Assembly: GCA_030167865.1 (NCBI GenBank) | Contig: JALAGF010005356.1 | Location: forward strand, 1 to 44,736 | Direction: 5' to 3' | Length of the DNA stretch: 44,736 bases | From: Craspedostauros australis | Lineage: Eukaryota | Shown here: piece after piece, positions 1 through 10,886 of the stretch | Numbering within the stretch: position 1 is the stretch's first letter | Layout: each line of letters opens with the position of its first letter | Notes under the pieces: model-generated | What the model was told of the DNA's origin: nothing | The model's database searches: none | Seen by the model: only the letters and a program-made list of their open reading frames with translations | Program-made: the position numbers and the translations under genes

Positions 1-660
1 TGCCGCGGATCCCAAAACACTGAACGGCAACCAACCGAACTGCGAGCCGGCAAGGTGCTGCAAACTCGTCCGAGCGGAGTAGTATGTCATAAGCAATCGG
101 AACGAAGAAATGCCAACGAACCATTCATTGGCATCGTGGACATTGTAGTCGCCATCAGAATCCAACAGTGTTCCTTCGCTGTTTTCTTCGTGACTGTTCC
201 TCCACGTAGTCGTGGACGCGTACATCGTGTCAGAGAGGCACACATCATCCCTTCACGCCAGCCGTACCCTTTTTCGCTCACACACTTTCAAAGGCCTGAC
301 TTTCTCGAATTGTGTTGGTCTTCGTTTGATGGACGAGCAGCACATGATCCTGGCCAACACCAATCTGAAGCTCAACATTCATCGGTGCGAGCATGAGTGC
401 CAGCATCGATGATCTCATCGTCAGCATTGCCATCAGCACCAACAGGAATATCAGTCGCATGACGCTCGTCTCTCCACAGCGCACCACGAAGTTCGTTTTC
501 ATGGAGACCAGCACAGATGCACTATCGCAACGCGTGCGACAAATCCATACATGCAAGTAGAAAAGGAGAAGAGTATCTGCAATATCGTATTATATTTGGC
601 TAATACTTGATTCATTTATTACCCCAGCGGTCCATGTATTTCCACCACTTTGATATTCGG

Positions 661-1422
661 TTACAGCCCAGCCTTTTTGATGACATCGTGGCCTTCCGAT
701 CGGAGAGGCTTATCCTTCTTGATGGCTTCCAAGATCTTGGTGTTCGAATTTGTGAAGTCTTTCTCAGAGCCAGTCTTGGCCTTGCTGCTCAGATCCTCCA
801 TGCTTTCCTTGATGTCATCATTGCGAGACAGAATCTCCACGAGATCCTCTTCCATCTTTCCAAGCGTCTTCAGCCGTTTCTGCCGCTTGGATTTCGACGA
901 TGATCGGTATTGATTGCTTAATGAATCGCGCAGGTGCTGGCCGACCTTCTCGCGGGCGATCGAATCACCGACCTCGTGCCATCTGCCGTCCTTGTACTTG
1001 ACGAAACCGCCAAATGGACTGGCCTCACGAATCTCGTCGACGATGGCCAGCACTATCCTACTCTTCTGAGTCTGGTTCGTGGCGTCAGCGTATGTGTCCG
1101 CATAGTGCTTGATCCGTTTGCGGAAATGCAGGTTCCCTGCGTGGTCCTTGACCTTCTTCCCGATCCCGCAAATCACATCGAACGGGCCCGGCGAAAAGCT
1201 TGTTGATAGCGGTGTCATCCGCTCCATCAGTCTTGGCGCCGTGTTCCCCAACGCCAGAATGGAAGCGAGAGTCACTTTCTGTTTCTGATGAGAAGATGAT
1301 GATAGCAATGACGAAAGCGTCTGATCTGCGGAGGGGGGTTGCGTGGTGGATTGCGGCGTTTCGTCATTGTCACTTGCACTCTGGTCGCGAGTGGTGGGGA
1401 CTGCAGGAGGTACTTTGTTCAT
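661..1422 (-). CDS. DUF6824-domain protein (diatom-expanded family), ~253 aa
   Basis: Within ORF 661..1803. Motifs PGPFDVICGIGK..HAGNLHFR, KSRIVLAIVDEIR..GGFVK..WHEVGDSIAREKVGQHLRD match the DUF6824 pattern (DVLCGRG..H.GN..F..GRF...W......AREKV...LR). Start placed at the first plausible ATG (MNKVPP, 1422); start uncertain. Confidence 0.8.
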   Translation of the reverse strand: MNKVPPAVPTTRDQSASDNDETPQSTTQPPSADQTLSSLLSSSSHQKQKVTLASILALGNTAPRLMERMTPLSTSFSPGPFDVICGIGKKVKDHAGNLHFRKRIKHYADTYADATNQTQKSRIVLAIVDEIREASPFGGFVKYKDGRWHEVGDSIAREKVGQHLRDSLSNQYRSSSKSKRQKRLKTLGKMEEDLVEILSRNDDIKESMEDLSSKAKTGSEKDFTNSNTKILEAIKKDKPLRSEGHDVIKKAGL

Positions 1423-4250
1423 GATGGTCAATGCCGAGAGATTCTGGACACAATGAAACGCAACAGGCATACCTTGCTGATTTTGCTCTCTTCGTGTTGC
1501 TGTCAGCTGCATTGGAGTATCCCAATTCTGGCTGATGTAGAAGCGAGTGTAATAGCTCGATTGCTTGGCTACTCGATTGATGGCTGCGTCTTCTCGTGCG
1601 GGATTGCTTCCACAGGATGAAGTTTTGAGATGAGTTTGTGCTGTTGATGCTCGGAGATTGGCTCCAATCGAGGTGTAGGTTGCAACTGCGAGAATTGATC
1701 TGATTGCTCTTGGATCAATAACGTCGCTTTGTTGCGTCAGATGTATCGTCTGATCTGGGCGATGTTCGTACGAAAGCTTGCTTTGCTTGTGCGGCTGGAT
1801 CAAAGCTGCGGCAGGCTTTGTGTCGCTCGATTCTTGAGCTTGAATGTCGGTTGTATTAGTACTCTAGCTCGCTGCTGTCGCCGATCTTTCGAAGATGATG
1901 TTGGTGGTGGTGATGGTGATGATACAATGCTGGGTGTGCTTGCTCAGATGTTGTTGTTGCTGCTTTGGTTGCTGATATTGCCGATAGCGATATTGTCGAC
2001 GGTGATGGTTGCTCGAATGACTGTGTTTTGCGATGAGAGCTGGTTGGAGATATGAGTAGAGTATGGTCGATCAAAACTGAGGAGTTGGTTTGGTCGCTGC
2101 CAGCTCCATAGTATCTGGGACAGGCACTGTATTTCCTCGTGGCGTTGCTACTTCCGGCCTTGGCACGGGAGGAGCTGTGCCGATGATGTGAAGCAACGCA
2201 GCTCTTTGGACGCTCTCACCTTCGCTGATGGTACTATCAATGACTTGAGCGATAAGTAGATGTGAATACGACTAGAGCAGAATAGAGCAGCAGAGGAGAG
2301 TGTGCTGAGCGCTCTACTTGAGTATACTATCGGCTACTTCACTCTGCTCTACTCCACTGGTATTGTTCTTTCGTTTTTGCTCTGTGCTGACTTTTGCTGC
2401 CGGTCCATTCGAGCTTCATGCCATGCGCGCTCGATGTTGGCAATCCAACTCGGAAAACAGTGCACCGCTGTTACTTGGGCGATTTATTGCTGTGGCACCA
2501 GTCCAATCCATCGATTGTGCCTTTCTTGATGACCACGCCGATCGTGACAAGTACCAGCGAAGCAAATTCAGGCACGTGCTCTGTTGGCGACGGACACAAT
2601 TGCATCCACTTCTGTGGAGCAGCCAAACCAAAGAGAGCAAGGGAAGATCTGGGCACATCTCCAGTACTCGACTCCCTACTCTGCTCTATCTCTAGTAGAG
2701 AGAAACACGGGCATTACAATATATTCTAATAGATATTGTATGTGGCCAACCAACAGCCGAAACGATCATCCGTGATCAGATCGAATGATTCATGATGAAT
2801 AGCTGCATCATGGCACTCGCGTGTTTCACTCCTCCACCCTCAGTAGACTGGCTGCATGCGTAGCTGTCACAGTTCTTGATCTACTCTTTCTAGAACACCG
2901 GGAGTTGGAATTGAGGGTTCCAACTATACTCGCAACTTGGAACCAACGTGAACATTGCAAGCGCACAGGTGCACTTCCTTGGTTCTTCATCACTCCACGT
3001 ATTCAATTTGCAGCGCGCTTCCGACTCCGGGCCTCTCCTTGCTGCATATTTAATACATTGGGTTGCAAGTAGTGTACGGTTATGTCTGGAAAATAGGGTG
3101 CGAATTCCATAGAGTATGAATGGTGACTCTGCTTTCCTCTACGGTGTTATACATTCTAGCGGAGAGGAGGAGTCTATCCCTGCAGTTTTGATGTCGATTT
3201 GGCCACAGGTGCGTTTCTGCGTTCATCTTGGCTCTGCAGCTGGTGCGCAGTATTCGTCGGCACAATCACGGGATTCAATAAAACTGCTTGGACGAATGAT
3301 TCACGAACGCGTGTTGTGAAGAATGCTCAGATGTATTAGGCTGTCCTTGTTTTGCATGAGAGTTCGCGACGACCGTATTGGAGGAACACGGGATATCACA
3401 GAATAGCGGTTGTATTAACGTTATAAAATATCCAACATTAATGTGACAAGTGTCCAACCGTTAACACGCAACACAAGTTTGAGAAGTCACGCTGCTTCGA
3501 AAGATGTGATTGGAATCGGAATCGTTGCCCATCACCAACAAGTCGTGCAGCACCAGTGTCACAGGATGTCTCCACCCTATCCATTCGATTGTGTTCTCGC
3601 GCTTCTCGTTGCCACTCCGTCATGCAGCGAGGGTCATGGCAACAGACATCTGCGGAGACGATGCAGCAGAGCTCCGAAGAGTCCGGCGCACATGGCGACG
3701 CAAGAACGAGGAAGAAGCGACACGGAAGGAAAGCGGAAGCGAGAACAAGCGAACTTGGGTGCTTCTCTTGCTGGTGGGAGCGGGCGGTTGCAACACACGT
3801 AGACGTACCTACCAATGGCATGCCTGCGGTTCGTACCTCCTGTGCCTCTAAGCTGTCGTCGAGTTGCTGTTTGGGTTCCTTTGGCTTGGATTGTGCCAAG
3901 TCCCACAAACCCAACAGCCCACGTCACAATACATCACATCACGCCGCATCTCACCACATCTGGCGACGTCTCCACAACAGCTCCACAACATCTCACAACA
4001 GCAAAGTAAAGCAAAGCACCCCCATACTACCACCGAGACCTCTTCTATCGGCGTCTGCAGATTGCCCATCAAAGCCATTGGAACACTATTAGTCATAGAT
4101 CACCACGCCCACACGTCATCGTAGCACGCAACGAAGCACATCGAAGCGAACGGCAACGCAACGCAAGGCAACGCAAGACCAGACAGAGCACCATACTCTC
4201 CCATCCTCGTAGAATACAATACAATACATTGGATCTAGCACACCACCGAC

Positions 4251-5264
4251 ATGATGAAGCCCAACAGCAACGAAGACGATCTTGACAGTGTCGAGGTGAG
4301 CACCCCGCCACAGAATCACATCGGCGAAAACAGGCCCAGCGGGCAGGGATACCCACCGGCCACGCCCACCAGCGAGTGGTACTACACGCAACAGCGCGAC
4401 GACAGCACCATCAATGTTGCCGGAACAGAGGTCGCCAACGCACAGGTCCCCATGATGGCGCAGTTTTGCTGCGCTATCCTCGTGCTGGTCGCCATCACGA
4501 CGGGCTTTGACAAGCACGAGACGAGCAACTACAGCTATGCCGTCGCCGCCTCCATCATCGCGATGATCTTTTCGCTGGCAGGGATCGTCTTCGCTGCCAC
4601 GCCTGGCCTTGGTGGGCAGATGCTCTTCTCCGCGCCGATATTGGGTTCGGTTAGCGTCGGCTACCTCAACGCCCTCTTCCTCTTCGTTTGGTGGCTGGTC
4701 GCTGCCTGCGTTCTCACCTTCGACCATCCATTCCTCATCACGGGGAACGGATACTTCGCCTCGTGGGCAGGCTTCGTCTTCAGCATCATGGGATGCGGCG
4801 TATCGGCTTCGGCCGTGCGATCGACGCTCTCCGGCGTGGGTCCGTTGCTGGGACTCGTCGGTGCCAGCGTCATCCTCATCATCGCCACACCGGAAGAGAT
4901 CGGCTCCAACCACGAGCACAACTCTGAGGCCGTCTACGCGCTCATCCTCGGCATCTTCACTCCGCTTCTCGTCCTCGTCATCCTTAATGTGGGAGACACC
5001 ACCTCGACCGTCGGGCCCATGAAGCTGCCCATCCTCGTCATCCTCTCGATCCTGTGGGTCGTCATGGCATCGCTGGTCACCTTCCGCGGGCCCTTCAAGG
5101 ACACCGGCAACGGCTACTTCGCCGCCTGGGCTGGTGCCGGCATGTGCCTCTTGGCAACCCACCAAACGCGCGTCACGGCCAATGCCAACGATATGACGCA
5201 GATCCGCCAGACCAACAGCACGGACACGGCAGACACGGCAGAGGATGACGTCGTCCGGGTCTAA
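4251..5264 (+). CDS. Multi-pass membrane protein (337 aa) with two internal repeats ending in PF..TGNGYFA.W; MARVEL-like topology, function unknown
   Basis: Intact ORF with strong C-ending codon bias and roughly 7-8 hydrophobic helices. Duplicated motif WLVAACVLTFDHPFLITGNGYFASWAG / WVVMASLVTFRGPFKDTGNGYFAAWAG. Confidence 0.8.
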   Translation: MMKPNSNEDDLDSVEVSTPPQNHIGENRPSGQGYPPATPTSEWYYTQQRDDSTINVAGTEVANAQVPMMAQFCCAILVLVAITTGFDKHETSNYSYAVAASIIAMIFSLAGIVFAATPGLGGQMLFSAPILGSVSVGYLNALFLFVWWLVAACVLTFDHPFLITGNGYFASWAGFVFSIMGCGVSASAVRSTLSGVGPLLGLVGASVILIIATPEEIGSNHEHNSEAVYALILGIFTPLLVLVILNVGDTTSTVGPMKLPILVILSILWVVMASLVTFRGPFKDTGNGYFAAWAGAGMCLLATHQTRVTANANDMTQIRQTNSTDTADTAEDDVVRV

Positions 5265-7386
5265 CCGCGTCCCGGATCATCGGCATGTCCAGTGGTACCG
5301 GACAGCCCGTATCATACTGGTACCATGCACAGGTTTACCAATGTACGTCATTCATTCTTTGGCACAAGAGAATAATCGATGAAACAACTGAATTAGTGAG
5401 CACTCGGCCATACCAATGCGGAAGGTCACGACGAACAATCAAAGACAACATGCCAACAGCCGGACACCCCAGCAATGCAACGCGCACGCAGCAGATCTAA
5501 CCGGAACAGGTCGGCGCGAGAAGCAAGGCAGCTGGTCCAACCCAAGCCGCAACTCCAGGAGCGCTAGTGCATCCGTCCATGTGATCAACTTGATCGGCGG
5601 CTGCATTTATTGGCGCACACAAAAATCTATAACATGTATAGTATTCTACAATACTCGAATCATGTCATCCCCAACTGATTCCAGCGTCTGCGTCGCCTGT
5701 AGTTGGCACGATGGCTCACAGCTGGGACAGCGCAGGGTGCCGCACTGCCTTGACTGTTGGATGTTCCTCACCCAAAACGAAGCCGTTGGTTTACCATGTA
5801 CGAGGACGAGCCATTATCCTTTTGGAAGAAGACGCAATCCCCTTGGCATTCTGTCGTTGGGCGCCAGGAGCTGATTCGTCGTGAGCTGCGCACGAGCAGA
5901 AAACCAAGATGCAGTCTCACTTCCGACAAGTACGAATACGAGTATCCACATGTTTGTACATGAATGAGCCTCGGATCATTTGTCTGCTTCTCGTCGCCTC
6001 TGCCATGCTATGCCGAAGGACGTGTCTCTCAAAGGTAGCACGGCACAAAGGCTGCGCGAGCTTCGTCGCCACCAGTGCTCCTCTAGCTCGCCTCTCGCAA
6101 GTTTGCATCGTTTTCTACACTCGATCCCCTTGCAACTAGGTCTTGTTCGTATTGACTGATCTGACCTCGTTTTTCTCGACCAGATGGAATGATTCCCAAA
6201 AGCATGACCGGCGAGCGAGAACAGAACCGGTCGAATCTGAGGCCCAAGGGAGATACTTCGGGGCCATCAGCGAGAATCTTGGCTGGTGAGGGAGTACCCA
6301 AGACCAAACAGAAGGGAAGTCACAAACGCTCATCGCGTGAGAAACCCCACGGCGAAGTATTTCTCGCTCCGGTGTCATCGATCCCGAATGACGCTTTTCT
6401 GATGAATCAATTCCCAGGCTGTTGATGGCATCATCGCCGCCATCATCTTTTGTCAATGTCGGAAGTGCAGTGAGAAGGGAGGAAAGTGCCATGACAGTTG
6501 GAGTGCACCACCTGATGTCTCCCAGGCCACCCATTCCCATCAAACGCGTCTGCGGGAACTTCGAAATGTCAGAATGAATACTATGAGCATGAACATAGAA
6601 AGAAGGCATCGACCACTGATCGATGCACTATCACATGGGTCCAACATGAGGATGGAGCACACAATCACCTCCAACCATCAACCGCATTATTTGAATGAGC
6701 GTGCGCTGCACTTTGGACTAGCTAGCAGCTTGAATCAAATCTAACAACACACGGAACAGATGGATGGATGATGACATGGAGGGCATTTTGTCGCGTCTGT
6801 CCGTCTGTTCCGGCGAGCTTCGCAGAACATGGTGGTCCCAACATCCGTAATGAGTTCTCCGCAGGAATTCGCCAGGCGAAAAAGATGTGTGGTCTTTTTC
6901 ATTCGCAAACCGTTGGGGTGGTTCGTCGTTGGCTTGTGCCTGATTTCTCGTGTTGTTTTTGTTCTTCGTGAGTTTTCCTCCTTTCTCCTCTTCCAGTCCG
7001 GGCAGGTCGATGTCTTTGGTGTTGGGATGCGAGAATGAGTGAGGACAAGAGGGCGTCGACGTCGTGCATTTGCGAAAGTGACACCACGCCGCATTGCCCA
7101 GAACCGCAATCGCGCAACCGCACAACCTGGGCGACCACGCACCCAACCAACGTCAAAGCCATCGCAATTCCATCCGAACGCACATAATTCCTTGATTGCG
7201 CAAACTGCTTGCACATCACAAGGTCGCCTCGTCTCACACTGCAAATCACGTCAAGGGAATCTGTCACCAGCATCGCCATCATCATCACCATCTCGAGAGT
7301 GACACCTCCAGGCACCTTCCCCGCTACGACCGTTCCCATCATCCGAAACGGCTTCGCCACAACAGCGACGACAACACTTTCTCACC

Positions 7387-10300
7387 ATGAAGTTCTCCTT
7401 GATGCCATCGGCCCTGACCGGCCTCATCATGGCCAGCGGCATCCTCAACAAGCAGGAGGCCGGACTGATCGCCGAAGCCGCCACGGCCACAGCCGGCGAA
7501 ACGACCATGGAGGATCTGCTGGCCAACGGCGATCTACCAGAGAACTCAGCCGTCTTCAAGCACTTCGTCGCCATGCATGACACGCACACCTGCGTGGGCG
7601 ATGAGCACGCCTTTCCCTTCAACAATCAGATCCGGGGAGTCAACCTCGGAGGGTGGATGGTCCTGGAGCCATGGATCACCCCTTCTCTCTTCTACCAATT
7701 CCTCGGGGGCAAGAAACACAACACCGCCATGGACAGCTACACCTTCTGCCAAGTCCTGGGCAAGGAGGAGGCCAACCGCCAGCTGAAGCGCCATTGGGAG
7801 ACGTGGGTCACGGAGGACCACATCAAGGAACTGGCGAAGAGCGGCAACATCAACTCGCTGCGTCTTCCCGTCGGTGACTACATGTTCAGGCCATACGGCC
7901 CATACGGTACGTACCATGCAACTGCTCGCTCTCTTACAGCCCGTCGCATTGCGCGCCCTTTTTTGCCTTTGCTTTCCCGCATGTTATTTTCATTATTGTT
8001 CCTTTGTTGGAGTTGGAGTTGGTGATGTGTCGAAACTAACCCGCCATGTGTCTGTCATAAATTCCTACATTCCCGCCCACCATTTCCATGCCCACTTTCG
8101 CACATGCCCCCAAATGTAAAACACAAATGCCAATGCCAACGGCTTTGCAATGGCCCTTCGTCGTCTCGCGTCTGTCTTGGTTTGCCTACCCTCTTCTCGT
8201 TTGCTTCACCTTTCCTAACCAACCGATCGACCAATCAATCGATAAATTGGCCGACCACCCAACGTATTGTATCATCCATCCCATCCCACCCAATCTATTG
8301 TACAATCTACAGTCTCTGAAACTTCAGCGACGCTGGGCAGAGACATCAGCTGCTGGGATGGAGCGTTGGATTACGTCGACCAGGTCCTCGAATGGGCCTA
8401 CGAATACGGACTGTCCGTCCTCATCGACATCCATGCCATGAAGGACAGCCAGAATGGCTTCGATAACTCCGGACAGGCCATGGGCTTGGAGTGGACCGCC
8501 CAGTTCGGCGAAGAAACCTTCCAGCATTGGCCAATCCGCAAGGCGCAGTGGATGGGCGAATTCGATCCAGAAAGCAAGACGTATCCCGTCATCAATCACG
8601 ACAACATCGACCACGCCTTGGATGTCATCAGCCTCATCGCCCAGCGCTGGGGCGATCATCCAGCCGTTCTTGGGCTGGAGCCAATCAACGAACCGTGGGA
8701 ACTCACGCCCATCGAGGAATTGAAGCAGTTCTATTGGGAAGGATACCTCCGCGTCAAGGAACATGCACCAAGATGGAAGTACATTATCCACGATTCCTTC
8801 CGTTTGGATCCAGAAATTTGGGGAGGATTCATGGCTGGGTAAGTATGGCACCATGCTCCTGTTCTGTCTTCTTTGAATGATTGAATACGTGAATTTCCGG
8901 ATGTGCGGATGCACAAGATGAAATGAAACTGGATGGAGCAGAATGCGCCGATCTACGAGTCTGCCTTGGCTTGAATGTCGCGCCCCCAAAGCATCAAGAG
9001 CTTCACTCACTCAAACTTCGTCTCATTCATGCATTCATTCATTCATGTTCGCACTCTCCCCATTTTCTTCATTTGACGCGATCTGATACTGTACGCAACA
9101 AATTGATACACTGCAATGCAATCACTGTTGCATTGTACCGATGCATTCTATCCCCCTCCCCCAATCATTTTCACATCCGCACGCATCTTTGCCAACGCAG
9201 CTGCCCCGACCGTGCCATGGATGCTCACATTTACCAGGCATGGGACAAGGAAACCAGCAGACTCAAGTTTTACAACGAAGCCTGTGGCATGAAGGGAAAG
9301 CTCGCGGCCATTGAAGACGCTTTCGGTCCCGTCGTTCTTGGCGAATGGTCCCTTGCCACAGACAACTGCGCCATGTGGCTCAACGGATTCAACGACAATC
9401 TTCCTGGATACCCAACCTTCCCGTGCAAATATGTCGAGTGCTCCGCTCCCTACATGGGGCTCGAGCAACCAGGCACACCAGTGGACACCACAAAGGGATT
9501 GCAAGGTCCCTTCGGCACAGCTGGATTGTCCGGCCCAATCTACGGCTTCTGCCCCATCGAACGTGACTGGTACAAGGAAGGACCACACACAATGGAGACT
9601 GGGCAAGGCAAGATCAAGGAATCCGCAGAAGCGCCACCGGAGCTGAGAGACACAGACAACGTGATGAAGAATCTCTACCGCAAGAAAATGCATTCCTTGA
9701 CCACCGTGTCACACGGTCACTACTTCTGGAACTTCCGAACGGATCTGCAAGAGCCTGCGTGGAGCTACCTTTTGGCCATGGAGAGGGGTTGGATTCCACG
9801 CAAGAGTGAGCAGTTCGTCGACATCGAGCATGCATGCGCCAAGGAGGATCTTGGGCTCTTCGTCTGCACACTGAAAGAAGAAGCTTCGGCAAAGAACATC
9901 ATCGGAGCGCTGCAGTACATTGACTACGTCAACAACAAGGACCTTCCACCGGAGGATGTTATCGAGGTTGCATATGACGTCAACGACCCCAATCTTATCG
10001 AAAGCACAGGGGCCAACCAGAGAATCGATGATTTCTTCCAGGCTCATCGCCTGGAGGGTGCCACGTGTGATTTTGGCGGCATCGCTCTGCTCGTGGAAGA
10101 GAACAAAACGTTCTACCCATCCATGGCACCGACCATGCCACCGGGCTATGGACCATCCGGCCCGAGCCCCGTCGAGATGCTCGTCATCGTCCTGGTCGCT
10201 GTCATTTGCGGGTTCCTTGTCGGATTCGTCGTGGCCATGCGCTGCAGTCCAGGCTTCAACCAGCACGTGCGTGGCACTAAGTGGTTCAAGCCAATCACCA

Positions 10301-10425
10301 AATCCAACAGCAAGATCCTGCGATCATCCTTGGCATTGCCGGCGCTGGAGACGCAAGGAGAACTGGATGCCCTCATGAAGGATGTCAACGGAATGGAGTA
10401 TCAGAACACAGGCACTTTCTCTTGA
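7387..10425 (+). CDS. Glycoside hydrolase family 5 exo-1,3-beta-glucanase with C-terminal X8-like segment and TM anchor; 3 exons (7387-7906, 8313-8838, 9201-10425), ~756 aa
   Basis: GH5 motifs RGVNLGGWMVLEPWITPSLF, LRLPVGDY, IDIHAM..SQNGFDNSG, acid/base INEP, DAHIYQ, nucleophile GEWSLA and YFWNF. GT-AG introns 7907-8312 and 8839-9200 join the three ORFs in frame (2271 nt). An in-frame alternative acceptor exists at 8327. N-terminal signal-like sequence; TM MLVIVLVAVICGFLVGFVVAM. Confidence 0.92.
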
Positions 10426-10513
10426 AGGTAACGGCGAGCCCGCAATTCTGAGCGCAAGCCACACGCGTACATAGCCACACATTCGATCAATCAATGCTGT
10501 GCGCGGAAGTTCA

Positions 10514-10550
10514 CAGCAGCAACAACAGCAATAACAACAACAACAACAAC
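10514..10550. repeat. (CAG/CAA)n microsatellite between convergent genes
   Basis: cagcagcaacaacagcaataacaacaacaacaacaac. Confidence 0.8.
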
Positions 10551-10886
10551 ACTCGTCCCAATTCAGTTCACAAGAACAAAGCGCAGACAAGCGTGCCGTC
10601 AGGATGCTGAAGTATCGCAATAACGGTCCCCAACATCACTGGCAGCGACAAACCAAACTGGCAAAAGCCGCAGTATATCTCCGTTTGCGCACCCACGCAA
10701 CCGTAACAAAATAAATCTCCATTACATTCAGCAATGATTTTGCAGCCTCGTTGACTCTGCCTGCCTGGCGATCATTCACCAAAAACTATTGTGACCTGAT
10801 TTACAACCCTACTCGTGCTTCATGCCTGTAGCCACCATGGAGGCGAAGTTTCACATTACCTCCCCTCACGCGTACTCCATTCAAAT

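Noticed and set aside
1..560. Possible 3' end of a plus-strand gene at the window start
   Set aside because: Protein-like text is split over several frames and no family or splice model could be supported.
4116..5165. 349-aa antisense ORF (likewise 10815..11990, 12627..13475, 27495..28019, 36110..36883, 40917..41681)
   Set aside because: Shadow ORFs opposite well-supported genes with strong codon bias; no motifs.
5700..6610. Minus-strand fragments including an LGEEHP-like peptide
   Set aside because: The motif is too short, frames are broken and no consistent gene model emerges.
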